Position numbers and translations under genes: made by a program
Shown: piece by piece, positions 39,449-48,909 of the stretch
Numbering within the stretch: the first letter of the stretch is position 1
How the letters are laid out: each line of letters opens with the position of its first letter
Assembly (NCBI GenBank): GCA_030038755.1
Contig: JASHSK010000221.1
Span: 1,104-65,103 of the forward strand
Length of the DNA stretch: 64,000 nt
Origin: Gammaproteobacteria bacterium
GTDB lineage: Bacteria; Pseudomonadota; Gammaproteobacteria; Steroidobacterales; Steroidobacteraceae
Reading direction: 5' to 3'
The notes under the pieces: generated by a model
Told to the model about the DNA's origin: nothing
Seen by the model: only the letters and a program-made list of their open reading frames with translations
The model's database searches: none

Positions 39449-40690
39449 ATGCCCTACCAGCCGGGTCGACATTTCCTGCAGGTACCCGGGCCGACCAACA
39501 GTCCGGTCGCGGTGCTGCAGGCGCTGGCCTTGCCGACGATCGATCACCGCGGCCCCGAATTCGCCAGGCTGGGTCGCGAAGTACTCGATGCCATCAAGTC
39601 GATCTTCCGCACCACCCAGCCCGTCATCATCTATTCCTCATCGGCCACCGGGGCCTGGGAGGCGGCGCTGGTGAACACGCTTTCGCCCGGCGATCGGGTG
39701 CTGATGTACGAGACCGGGCAGTTCTCGGCGCTGTGGCAGCGCGTGGCGCAGCGGCTCGGCCTGCAGGTCGACTATCTGCCCGGCGACTGGCGCTCGGGCG
39801 TGGATGCCGCGGCGATCGGGGCGCGCCTGGCAGAGGATCGCGAGCAGCGGATCAAGGCGGTCGCCGTGGTTCACAACGAAACCGCCACCGGGGTGCTCTC
39901 GGGTGTGGCGGCGGTGCGCGCGGCGATCGACGCAGCCCATCACCCGGCTCTGCTGATGGTCGATGCGGTCTCCTCGCTCGGATCGGTGGACTACCGGCAT
40001 GACGACTGGGGGGTGGACGTCACCATCAGCGGCTCACAGAAGGGCCTGATGCTGCCGCCGGGCCTGGCGTTTACCGCGATTTCGGGCAAGGCCCTTGCCG
40101 CCAACCGCAGCGCGCGCCTGCCGCGCTCCTACTGGGATTGGCAGGACATGCTCGGCTCCAACGAGGGCGGCTACTTCCCCTACACGCCCAATACCAATCT
40201 ACTGCAGGCGCTGCGCGTGGCGATCCAGCTGCTGCACGAGGAGGGCCTCGAGCAGGTGTTCGCGCGGCACCGTCGCGCCGGCGAGGCGACGCGGCGTTGC
40301 GTGCAGCATTGGGGCCTGGATCTGCAGTGCCGCGTGCCGGCGGAGTATTCCCCGGTCGTCACGGCAGTGCGCGTGCCCGAGGGACACTCGGCCGATCAGC
40401 TGCGCTCGATGATCCTGACGGCCAGTAACCTGTCGCTGGGCGCGGGTCTCGGCAAGGTGGCCGACAAAGTGTTCCGCATCGGACACATCGGCGATTTTCA
40501 TGATCTCATCGTGATCGGCACGCTCGCCGGCGTCGAGATGGGGCTGAAGACGGCCCACATCGCCTATCGGCCGGGAGGTGTTCAGGCGGCGATGGATCAT
40601 CTGCAGCAGGTCGCCTCCGGCCTTTCGGCGCGTCGTCCGGTGTGGAACGAGGCCGATCCGGACGCCCTGAGATCTACTGCCGCGGTCTGA
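39449..40690 (+). CDS. class V PLP aminotransferase (serine/alanine-glyoxylate aminotransferase type)
   Basis: HFLQVPGPTN.P..V..A......HRGPEF N-terminus, the VDAVSSLG block and the PLP-lysine motif SGSQKGLMLPPG. Confidence 0.85.
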   Translation: MPYQPGRHFLQVPGPTNSPVAVLQALALPTIDHRGPEFARLGREVLDAIKSIFRTTQPVIIYSSSATGAWEAALVNTLSPGDRVLMYETGQFSALWQRVAQRLGLQVDYLPGDWRSGVDAAAIGARLAEDREQRIKAVAVVHNETATGVLSGVAAVRAAIDAAHHPALLMVDAVSSLGSVDYRHDDWGVDVTISGSQKGLMLPPGLAFTAISGKALAANRSARLPRSYWDWQDMLGSNEGGYFPYTPNTNLLQALRVAIQLLHEEGLEQVFARHRRAGEATRRCVQHWGLDLQCRVPAEYSPVVTAVRVPEGHSADQLRSMILTASNLSLGAGLGKVADKVFRIGHIGDFHDLIVIGTLAGVEMGLKTAHIAYRPGGVQAAMDHLQQVASGLSARRPVWNEADPDALRSTAAV

Positions 40691-40868
40691 GCGCGCGAGC
40701 GGTCATTGCGGTGGCGCCCCGTGCCGCTGCGGCCGGGCGCGCCCGCCACCGGTGCCGGCGGTCAGCTGAAGGTTCAATGATAATGGATGTGCTATCCTTC
40801 GCGTTCCCAGCTGCCGGCGCCGCCGCGTCGCGCTGCGAGAATTCAAACCCCGGTACGGAGTGATCGCC

Positions 40869-41897
40869 ATGGCGCAGTTGAGGGCCGCGATTGTCGGGTT
40901 GGGGTGGTGGGGCGGCACGCTGATCGATGCCGTGCGCGACAGTCCGCTGATCCGCTTCGTTGCCGCTGCCACGCGCAAGCGCTCAGCACACGACCAGGAG
41001 CTCGCCACCAAGTACGGTATCCGCCTCACCGGCAGCCTCGAGGAGCTCACGGCGGATCGCGACGTGGACGCCATCGTGCTCGCCACCCCGCCGGCCGGTC
41101 ATCCCGAGCAGATCATTCAATGCGCCCGGGCCGGCAAACACGTGTTCTGCGAGAAGCCGCTGTCGGCGAGCAAGAGCGCGGCGCAGGAGGCGCTGACGGC
41201 CGTGCAGCGTGCCGGCGTGACGCTGGCGCTGGGCTACAACCGTCGCTTCCATCCTTCCTGGGTGGACCTCAAGCGCCGCATCGCGGCCGGCGAGCTGGGG
41301 ATTATCTGTCATGCGGAATGCACCATGAGCGGCCCCAATGCGCTGCTGATGAGCCACGATGCGTGGCGCGCCCAGCCGGCAGAGGCTCCGTGCGGCGGGC
41401 TGCTGCCGATGGGCGTGCACGCGATCGACGGGCTGATCGATCTGTTCGGACAGATCGAGGGTGTTTACTGCCAGAGCCTGCGACGGGCAGCGAGCGGGCC
41501 GAACGATGACACCACCTCCATGCTGTTTCGCCTGAAGGCGGGTCCGACGGCCTACCTTGCCACGATGATGTCGACCGCCGGCAGTTTCCGCTTCCAGGTC
41601 TACGGTTCCAAGGCGATGGCGCTGCTGGGTGGGGCCGTCCACGTGGCGGGCCAGTCCTCCGAGCAGCGCCGCAGCGGCCTGTTCGGCAGCTATCTGCTGC
41701 AGCCGATCAAGGGCGATGCGCAGTCACTCGATGTGCCCGCCTTCGACGTCAATCGCGCCGAGCTCGATGCGTTTGCGACGGCCGCCCAGGGAGGCGCGCC
41801 GTTCCCGATTCCACCCGAGCAGATGCTGCACGGCGTGGCGGTCACCGAGGCCGTGCTGGTCTCGGCGAGATCCGGAAAGTACGAGAGCGTGGCCTAG
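40869..41897 (+). CDS. Gfo/Idh/MocA-family NAD(P)-dependent oxidoreductase
   Basis: Rossmann AIVGLGWWG and the family EKP motif (HVFCEKPL). The ATG at 40869 lies 8 nt after ggag; an alternative GTG is at 40860. Confidence 0.85.
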   Translation: MAQLRAAIVGLGWWGGTLIDAVRDSPLIRFVAAATRKRSAHDQELATKYGIRLTGSLEELTADRDVDAIVLATPPAGHPEQIIQCARAGKHVFCEKPLSASKSAAQEALTAVQRAGVTLALGYNRRFHPSWVDLKRRIAAGELGIICHAECTMSGPNALLMSHDAWRAQPAEAPCGGLLPMGVHAIDGLIDLFGQIEGVYCQSLRRAASGPNDDTTSMLFRLKAGPTAYLATMMSTAGSFRFQVYGSKAMALLGGAVHVAGQSSEQRRSGLFGSYLLQPIKGDAQSLDVPAFDVNRAELDAFATAAQGGAPFPIPPEQMLHGVAVTEAVLVSARSGKYESVA

Positions 41898-41916
41898 AAG
41901 CCGCAGGAGACGAACG

Positions 41917-43146
41917 GTGGACCTCGGTAAATTCGGACAGTTGACCTACTCGACGCTGGTGCATCCGGGCGACACCTGGCCCGAAATCTGGCACAGCCTC
42001 ACGACCTATGTTCCCAAGGTGAAGGCGCGTATCGCGCCGCAGACGCCATTCGGAGTCTCACTGCGGCTCTCGGCCGCTTCCGCGGCGGCGCTGACGCGCG
42101 ATCCCGCCGAGCGCCGCAAGCTCAAGAGCTTCCTCGACGACCATGATATGTATCTGTACACGGTCAATGCGTTCCCGTATGGGCCTTTCAAAAACACCAT
42201 CGTCAAGGAACAGGTGTACGAGCCGGACTGGCGTACCGCGCAGCGCGTGGAGTACACCAAGCAGGTCGCGGATATTCTCGCCGAGGTCTGTCCACCGTTC
42301 GTCAATCCCTCGATCCAGAGCCCGCCGCTCGGGTTCAAGCCACGCGTCACCGACGCCGGTGTCGTGGCCAGCTATGCGGCCAACGTGCGTCACCTGGCCG
42401 TGCACCTGCACCGCCTGCGCGAGCGCACCGGCCGCACCGTGACGCTGGCGCTGGAGCCCGAGCCGCTGTGCTTTCTGGAGACCACCGAGGAGACCGTGGC
42501 GTTCTTCAATGGCTCGCTGCGCAACGAGCAGTCGATCGCCGAGCTGGCACGCGAGCTGGGCGGCAGCGCGGCGCAGGCGCGTGAGGTGCTGCGCCGGCAC
42601 GTCGGCACCGTCTACGACATCTGTCACCAGGCGGTGGAGTTCGAGAACATCGCCGCTTCGCTGCAGAGCCTGGTGGACCACGACATCCCGGTGTTCAAGC
42701 TGCAGGAAGCCGCGGCGATGCAGATCCCGGAGGTGACGCCGGAGGTGGTCGAGGCGCTGCGCGAGTATGCGGACTCCATCTATCTGACGCAGACGGTGCA
42801 GCGGCGCGACGGGGTGCTCACGCGCTTTACCAATCTGGAGGATGCCTTCGCCGCGTTCGAAAAGGACCCTTCGGGCAAGCGCGAGTGGCGCACGCATTTT
42901 CACGTACCGGTGTTCCTGGAGCGCCTCGGCGAGCACTTCAGGACCACGCGCTTCGCGATCGAGGAGGCGCTGGCGTTTCACCGGGCGCGGCCGCTGAGCG
43001 CACAGCTGGAGATCGAGACATACACCTGGGACGTGCTGCCCGAGCATCTGAAAACCGGAGATATCGTCGATTACGTCACCCGCGAGCTGGAATGGGTGCG
43101 CGATCAGCTGCAGCAGCCGGCTCACGCGGTGCGCGCGGCCGGTTGA
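41917..43146 (+). CDS. xylose-isomerase-like TIM-barrel protein (EboE-like sugar phosphate isomerase/epimerase family)
   Basis: LTYSTLVHPGDTW...FGVSLRLS...LYTVNAFPYGPFKNTIVKEQVYEPDW...LALEPEP pattern as I remember it for the EboE/AP_endonuc_2 fold. GTG at 41917 lies 6 nt after aggaga. The track ORF start at 41629 overlaps the previous gene. Confidence 0.55.
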   Translation: MDLGKFGQLTYSTLVHPGDTWPEIWHSLTTYVPKVKARIAPQTPFGVSLRLSAASAAALTRDPAERRKLKSFLDDHDMYLYTVNAFPYGPFKNTIVKEQVYEPDWRTAQRVEYTKQVADILAEVCPPFVNPSIQSPPLGFKPRVTDAGVVASYAANVRHLAVHLHRLRERTGRTVTLALEPEPLCFLETTEETVAFFNGSLRNEQSIAELARELGGSAAQAREVLRRHVGTVYDICHQAVEFENIAASLQSLVDHDIPVFKLQEAAAMQIPEVTPEVVEALREYADSIYLTQTVQRRDGVLTRFTNLEDAFAAFEKDPSGKREWRTHFHVPVFLERLGEHFRTTRFAIEEALAFHRARPLSAQLEIETYTWDVLPEHLKTGDIVDYVTRELEWVRDQLQQPAHAVRAAG

Positions 43147-43168
43147 TACATCAAGGAGCCAGAGGATC

Positions 43169-44323
43169 ATGAAACGCAGTGTGGATCGGATTCTGACCAC
43201 TCACGCCGGCAGTCTGCCGCGACCTGACGATCTGACACGGATGATGTGGGATGCGATCGACGGCAAGCCGCCGGAACAGGACAGGTTCCGCGCGCGCATC
43301 AGGAGCGCCGTTGCCGAGATGGTCCAGATGCAGAAGGAAGCGGGCGTCGACGTCATCAGCGACGGTGAGATGAGCAAGTTCGGCTTCAGCAATTACGTGG
43401 TACAGCGCTACTCGGGCTTCGGCAAAGCCGCGGGCTTCGTGGCCACCGATCTGGGTGACTTCCCCGAGATCGTGAAGAAGATCTTCGCCAACGAGGGTGG
43501 TGCGCATCTGCAGCTGCCGAACGTCGAGGGACCGATCGAGCTGAAGGATCCCGACGCAGTCAAGCGCGACATCGACAACCTGAAGGCGGCGCTCAACGGG
43601 CGTGATCCGGACGGCGCCTTCATTCCGTCGGTCACCCCCGGGCAGATGCTGTTCAACTTCCCGAACAAGTACTACAAGAGCGACGCCGAATATCTGCAGG
43701 CGGCCGCCAGGGCGATGGCGCACGAATACAAGGCGATCATCGCCGCCGGTTTCAACCTGCAGCTCGATGCACCGGATCTGCCGATGAACTCGCACAGCTA
43801 CGCCGGCAACGCCGGCACCAAGGCGGTGCGCGATCACGTGCCCGCCGCCATCGAAGCCATGAACGAGGCCATCAAGGGCCTGCCTGCCGAGAAGATCCGG
43901 CTGCACCTGTGCTGGGGAAACTATGCGGGTCCCCACCATCACGATATCGAGCTCAAGGAGCTGATCGAACCGGTGCTCAAGACCAAGGCCGGTTTCCTGT
44001 ACGTCGAGGCCGCCAATCCGCGCCACGAGCACGAGTGGGAGGTCTGGCAGGATCACAAGCTGCCCGACGGCAAGGGGCTGATCGTAGGCGTCATCGACGT
44101 GCTGACCAATCACGTCGAGCATCCGCGCCTGATCGCGCAGCGCCTGGAACGCTTCGCCAATATCATCGGCAGGGAGAACGTGCTCGCGGGCACGGACTGC
44201 GGGTTCGGGACGTTCGTCGGCTGGTCGGGCTGCGATCCGAAGGTCGCGTGGCTGAAACTCAAGAGCCTGTCGGACGGTGCGGCGATCGCCTCCGATCGGC
44301 TGTGGGGGAAGAGCAAGCGCTGA
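43169..44323 (+). CDS. short MetE-like Zn-methyltransferase (third paralogue)
   Basis: ILTTHAGSLPRP N-terminus. LHLCWGN (His-x-Cys) and GTDCGFG (Cys) Zn-ligand motifs. 384 aa. Confidence 0.8.
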   Translation: MKRSVDRILTTHAGSLPRPDDLTRMMWDAIDGKPPEQDRFRARIRSAVAEMVQMQKEAGVDVISDGEMSKFGFSNYVVQRYSGFGKAAGFVATDLGDFPEIVKKIFANEGGAHLQLPNVEGPIELKDPDAVKRDIDNLKAALNGRDPDGAFIPSVTPGQMLFNFPNKYYKSDAEYLQAAARAMAHEYKAIIAAGFNLQLDAPDLPMNSHSYAGNAGTKAVRDHVPAAIEAMNEAIKGLPAEKIRLHLCWGNYAGPHHHDIELKELIEPVLKTKAGFLYVEAANPRHEHEWEVWQDHKLPDGKGLIVGVIDVLTNHVEHPRLIAQRLERFANIIGRENVLAGTDCGFGTFVGWSGCDPKVAWLKLKSLSDGAAIASDRLWGKSKR

Positions 44324-44357
44324 GCCGGCCGGGCTCACCGAGCCAACCGAGCTCGCA

Positions 44358-47300
44358 TCAACGGTCCGCGGCCGCGTCTCCCGTCCGCGCTCCGCGGAGC
44401 GCCGACGCCAGCACGCGCGCCACGTGCTGGGCCTCGCGCCCCAGGCAGTCGCGGATCTGGTGCCGGCAGCTCGTGCCGTCGGCGACCACGAGGTCGTCGC
44501 TGCCGGCCGCGCGTAGCGCCGGCAACAGCGACAGCTCCGCCATCGCGCGCGAGACCGCCGCAGTTTCGGCCGCGTAGCCAAAGGCACCGGCCATCCCGCA
44601 GCAGCTGGACTCGATGGGCTTGACCGTCAGGCCGGGCACACGCCCGAGCAGACTCTCCACGGCTCCCATCGCATCGAAGGCTTTCTGGTGGCAATGTCCG
44701 TGCAGATGGGCCACGCGCCCGTGCTGCCCGGAGAACGCGAGCTCGATCATTCCGGCGCGCAGATCGGCCTCGAGGAGCTCTTCGAACAGCAGGGCGTTGC
44801 GCGACAGCGGGCGCACTTCGGCCGCCGGCAGCAGCGCCGCGTACTCATCGCGAAAGCTCAGCAGACAGGAAGGCTCCAGACCCACCACGCGCGCGCCGCG
44901 CGCGATCCAGGGCTGCAGGGCCGCGAGCGTACGCCGTGCCTCGCGTCGCGCATTGTCGATGTCCCCCACGGCCAGATAGGTCCGTCCGCAGCACAGCGCC
45001 CGGGCGCCGTCCGCGCGCGGATGATGCACTCGATAGCCGGCCGCCTGCAGCACGCGTCCGGCGGCGCGCAGGTTCTCCGGCTCGAAATAACGGTTGAAGG
45101 TGTCGGCGAACAACACCAGGTCCATGCCTGCGCCGGCCGCGGAGCTGCCCGCGGAGCTGGCTGCGGAGCCGTCTGCCGAGCTGGCTGCGCGCCAGGGCCT
45201 GCGCCAGGCAGGGAGGGTGCGCTGCGCGCTCAGTCCCAGCAGCTTCTCGCTGAGCCAGGCCAATCCGGGGATCGCATCGCGCACATTGCTGAGCGGAGCG
45301 AGCGCCGCGGCCAGCGGTGCGTAGCGCGGCAGGTGGCCGATCAGCCGCTCGCGCAGCGGGCGTCGATGCCGCGCGTAGTAGTGATGCAGGAACTCGATCT
45401 TCATGCGCGCCATGTCGACGCCGGTCGGACACTCGCGCCGGCATCCCTTGCACGACACGCACAGCTCGAGCGTGGCCTTCATCTGCGGCGCCGTGAAGGC
45501 GCCGGGACCGAGCTGCCCGGAGATCGCGAGCCGCAGCGTATTGGCGCGGCCGCGCGTGCTGTGCTGTTCATCGCGGGTCGCGCGGTAGGAAGGGCACATC
45601 GTGCCGTTCGCGAACTGCCGACACGCGCCGTTGTTGTTGCACATCTCAACGGCGCCGCCGAAACCGCCCCATTCGGACCAGTCGAGCGCCGCGCGTGCCG
45701 GCTCGGCGGTGCGGTAGCCCTCCGGATAGCGCATCAGCGAGCGGTCGTCCATGCGATAGGGGCGCACCAGCTTGCCGGGGTTGAGCTGGCCGCGCGGATC
45801 GAACTGCTCCTTGACCGCCTCGAAGGCGCGCGTCAGGCGCGCGCCGAAGGTCGGTGCGATGAATTCGGAGCGCGAGATGCCATCGCCATGCTCGCCCGAA
45901 TACGCGCCGTGGAAGTTCCTGACGAGCTCGCACGCCGCCTCGGCGATCGAGCGCATCTTGCGAACGTCCTCCTGTTGTTTGACGTTCAGGATCGGGCGCA
46001 CGTGCAGACAGCCGACCGAGGCATGTGCATACCAGGTGCCGCGCGTGCCGTGACGGGCGAACAGCTCATTGATCGCGTCGGTGTACGCCGCCAGGGACTG
46101 GAGCGGCACGGCGCAATCTTCGATGAAGGAGACGGGCTTGCCATCGCCCTTCATCGAAACCACGACATTGAGGCACGCCTCGCGCATCTCCCAGACGCGG
46201 CGCTGGCGCGCCGCCTCGGTGATGGGCAGGAGCGCATCGGCGAACCCGTGATCGGACAGACACTCGCCCAGCCGGCGCAGCTGCTGTTCGAGCGGCGGCA
46301 GCTGCTCGCCGGCAAACTCCACCAGCAGCAGCGCGCGCGGCTGCCCGCGCACCACCTCGGCGAGCGTGCGCTGAAACAGCGGCAGCTGTGCGCCGAGAGA
46401 CAGCACCGTGTCGTCCATGAGCTCGACCGCGGTGGGGCCCAGCTGCACGATGTGCTGCGTGATCTGCATGCTGTCGCGAAACGTCGGGAAATGGCAGACC
46501 CCGAGCACGCGATGGGCCGGCAGCCGCGCGAGCTTCAGATGCAGCTCGCTGAACAGCGCGAGCGTGCCCTCGGAGCCGACCAGCAGGCCCGGCAGATTGG
46601 GTGCCGGGCGCAGCAGCTCATCGAGGTTGTAGCCACCGACGCGACGCTGCAGCTTCGGGAAGCGGCGCTCGACCTCCTCGCGCTCTGCCGCCGCGAGCGC
46701 CAGCAGGCGCTGCGTCAGCTGCTGGATGCGCTGTCCACCGGCCGCCGGCGCGGCCGGGCCCACGGACGTAGCCGCGCCCACGGACGTAGCCGGGCTCACG
46801 GTCGCGGCCGGGCGCGGCGCTCCGGCGGGAGGTTGCGTGAATCGAAACGTCTGCCCGTCGGCCAGCAGGCCCGCCACGGCGCTGACGTTGTCGACCATCT
46901 TGCCGTAACGCAGGGAGCGCGCGCCGCAGGAGTTGTTGCCGGTCATGCCGCCGAGCGTGCAGCGCGACGCCGTGGACGGCTCGACCGGAAAGAAAAGGCC
47001 GTCGGCCCGCAGCCTTGCGTTGAGCCGCTCGAGCACGAGACCGGGCTCGACGACCACCTCGCCGGCCAGCGGATCGTAGTGTTTCACGGCGTGCAGGTGA
47101 CGGCTGAAGTCCACGATCAGTCCCGCGCCCAGAGGCTGGCCGTTCTGAGACGTGCCCGCGCCGCGGGCGATGACGCTCACGCCATGCTCGGCCGCGATCT
47201 TCACCACCGCCTCTACGTCGGTGGCCGTGCGCGGGAAGACCACGCCGGCCGGCATGATCTGATAGATCGATGCATCCGTGGCGTAGCGTCCGCGGGTGAA

Positions 47301-47381
47301 GGCGTCGAACGCGACTTCGCCCTGCAGCGCCGCCGACAGGCGCCGTTCCAGGGGTGTGTTACGGACGGCGGGCGAGCTCAA
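44358..47381 (-). CDS. FAD-binding (GlcD-like) + Fe-S (GlcF-like) fusion dehydrogenase, E. coli YdiJ-like
   Basis: ~1000 aa. N-terminal FAD-binding PCMH domain (VVFPRTATDVEAVVKIAAEHGVSVIARGAGTSQNG). Two ferredoxin-type Cys clusters (CNNNGAC..C; CVSCKGCRREC). C-terminal CCG-type domains (CCGMAG). Apparent TTG start. Confidence 0.85.
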   Translation of the reverse strand: MSSPAVRNTPLERRLSAALQGEVAFDAFTRGRYATDASIYQIMPAGVVFPRTATDVEAVVKIAAEHGVSVIARGAGTSQNGQPLGAGLIVDFSRHLHAVKHYDPLAGEVVVEPGLVLERLNARLRADGLFFPVEPSTASRCTLGGMTGNNSCGARSLRYGKMVDNVSAVAGLLADGQTFRFTQPPAGAPRPAATVSPATSVGAATSVGPAAPAAGGQRIQQLTQRLLALAAAEREEVERRFPKLQRRVGGYNLDELLRPAPNLPGLLVGSEGTLALFSELHLKLARLPAHRVLGVCHFPTFRDSMQITQHIVQLGPTAVELMDDTVLSLGAQLPLFQRTLAEVVRGQPRALLLVEFAGEQLPPLEQQLRRLGECLSDHGFADALLPITEAARQRRVWEMREACLNVVVSMKGDGKPVSFIEDCAVPLQSLAAYTDAINELFARHGTRGTWYAHASVGCLHVRPILNVKQQEDVRKMRSIAEAACELVRNFHGAYSGEHGDGISRSEFIAPTFGARLTRAFEAVKEQFDPRGQLNPGKLVRPYRMDDRSLMRYPEGYRTAEPARAALDWSEWGGFGGAVEMCNNNGACRQFANGTMCPSYRATRDEQHSTRGRANTLRLAISGQLGPGAFTAPQMKATLELCVSCKGCRRECPTGVDMARMKIEFLHHYYARHRRPLRERLIGHLPRYAPLAAALAPLSNVRDAIPGLAWLSEKLLGLSAQRTLPAWRRPWRAASSADGSAASSAGSSAAGAGMDLVLFADTFNRYFEPENLRAAGRVLQAAGYRVHHPRADGARALCCGRTYLAVGDIDNARREARRTLAALQPWIARGARVVGLEPSCLLSFRDEYAALLPAAEVRPLSRNALLFEELLEADLRAGMIELAFSGQHGRVAHLHGHCHQKAFDAMGAVESLLGRVPGLTVKPIESSCCGMAGAFGYAAETAAVSRAMAELSLLPALRAAGSDDLVVADGTSCRHQIRDCLGREAQHVARVLASALRGARTGDAAADR

Positions 47382-47402
47382 GCGGGCATCGCGACAGGTT
47401 CC

Positions 47403-47729
47403 TCAGGGCGCGGCACGGCGCGCAGCGCCGTGGAAGCAGCGGGGCAGGGAGGCGTCGCGCTGATCTGCGGATAGTTGGAACGAGCAGCCGGTGGGTTGCA
47501 CGCCCGATGTGGCACGCGCGAGCAGTGCCCCGATCGCGACCAGCACCACGCCACACAGCGACAGCAGCACCTGCCGGTCCGCCCGCGTCCGCTGCGATTG
47601 CATCTGCAGGGACGCCGAGGGCCCGTGCGATCGCCCCGGCACCCGGCCCAGCCACAGCATCAGCAGACCGCTCGCGATGCTTATGGCGCCCACCACCTCG
47701 GATGCATGCACGTGCGCCAGGCCGCTCAT
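47403..47729 (-). CDS. small hypothetical membrane protein
   Basis: From M at 47729: two hydrophobic segments (VVGAISIASGLLMLWLG; VLLSLCGVVLVAIGALLA). It lies between the kinase gene and the YdiJ-like gene on the same strand. No homology recognised. Confidence 0.35.
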   Translation of the reverse strand: MSGLAHVHASEVVGAISIASGLLMLWLGRVPGRSHGPSASLQMQSQRTRADRQVLLSLCGVVLVAIGALLARATSGVQPTGCSFQLSADQRDASLPRCFHGAARRAAP

Positions 47730-47835
47730 GCGCCCAGTGTACCGCCGCGGCGGCTGGCTGGGGGGCCGACTGCGCCCGCGGCCCGAGGCACGAGCCCGGA
47801 CGATGGCGGCGCGTGTCGGTTCGGCTCGTGTCGGC

Positions 47836-48786
47836 TCAGCGGCGCTGCAGGGAGAGGATGCGCCGCTGAGCGTCGAGGGTGACGAGTACGTCGGCGCGCG
47901 ACGGCATCTCCTCGAGGATGTGCCGCGAGAGACGCTCGTAATGCATGATGAAGCGCCCAAGCTCGGCATCGCTCATCACGTGCGGCAAGCCCGCGACGCC
48001 GGCCGCGGCCCCGGCGCGTCCGGTGGGCGGGGGCTCGACGATCGCAGCGCGCGCCGCGAGCTTGTGCTCCTGCTCGCGTCGCCAGCGGAACACCACGTCG
48101 AATCCCGGGGCGCGCAGCATGACCAGCCGATCGAGCAGGGCGAACAGTTCGCGATAGGGACCTTGCAGCTGTGCGTTGACATACCCGCGCCAGCGGCTGT
48201 CGGCATCCAGCTCGCGCTCGAGCTCATTCACAGGCTGCGACAGCGCGGCGGGCAGCTGCGGCTGCGCCCCCACGCACCAACCCTCGAACAGCACCACGTC
48301 CGCCTTGCCCGTGAACGTCTCCCACTGCGCAGCCGGGCGGGGCTCGTCCACCAGCTTGTCGAAGCGCGGCAGCCGCGTGAGGGCGCCGGGCGGCGCCCGC
48401 CGCAGCTGCTCGATGACCTGCACGCCGAGCCGCACGTCGTGCGTGCCCGGCACTCCGCGCGTGCGCAGCAGCGGGTGTACCTGTGCCGCCAGCCGCACTC
48501 GCTCATGCGAAGGCAGATACAGGTCATCGAGCGACAGCACCGCCACCGCCAGACCCGCCCCACGCTGCAGCGCTTCCCGCAGCACGCGTGCCAGGAGTGT
48601 CTTACCCGAGCCCTGGGCGCCGCAGATGCCGACCACCGGCGCCTGCCCGCTGCGACGCTCGCGCAGCGCCAGCACGTCGGCGAGCAGCTGTGCATAGTAG
48701 GGACGCAGCGCTCTGGCCTGAGCGACGGGAATGCCCTCCGACTCGAACAGAGCCGGCAGCGCCTCGAAGGGATCGTTTGGCGGCAT
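47836..48786 (-). CDS. P-loop kinase of the COG4240 / D-glycerate 3-kinase-like family
   Basis: Walker A ICGAQGSGKTLL. LSLDDLYL, the LLRTRGVPGTHD block and FDKL..... are typical of this family. Confidence 0.7.
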   Translation of the reverse strand: MPPNDPFEALPALFESEGIPVAQARALRPYYAQLLADVLALRERRSGQAPVVGICGAQGSGKTLLARVLREALQRGAGLAVAVLSLDDLYLPSHERVRLAAQVHPLLRTRGVPGTHDVRLGVQVIEQLRRAPPGALTRLPRFDKLVDEPRPAAQWETFTGKADVVLFEGWCVGAQPQLPAALSQPVNELERELDADSRWRGYVNAQLQGPYRELFALLDRLVMLRAPGFDVVFRWRREQEHKLAARAAIVEPPPTGRAGAAAGVAGLPHVMSDAELGRFIMHYERLSRHILEEMPSRADVLVTLDAQRRILSLQRR

Positions 48787-48909
48787 CGGCGCGGCGATCG
48801 TAACACGGTCGCAGAACCGGCCGTTCTGGTAGGATCGGTCAGTGAAGCGATGCCGATGCGTCGGCCGGATGCTTCACCCTTGAGAGCGAATGACGGCGGA
48901 GGGCATACG

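Noticed and set aside
44322-44336. Short hairpin gagccggccgggctc between the convergent MetE-like and YdiJ-like genes, as a terminator.
   Set aside because: The stem is only about 5-7 bp and imperfect, with no U-tract. That is too weak to call.
44688-47474. Very long ORFs antisense to recognised genes. Examples: 44688-47474 (+), 25413-27014 (-), 51806-54187 (+), 60179-62506 (+), 7601-8818 (-), 32552-34138 (-), 5041-6372 (+).
   Set aside because: Their products are Arg/Ala/Gly/Pro-rich low-complexity strings with no motifs. The opposite strand encodes clearly recognisable proteins. Long stop-free antisense frames are expected at this GC content.
47491-48909. N-terminal 473 codons of the 634-aa track ORF 47491-49395.
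   Set aside because: This part is antisense to the recognisable P-loop kinase gene and is compositionally junk. Only the C-terminal 161 codons (signal peptide plus ABM-like domain) look genuine.
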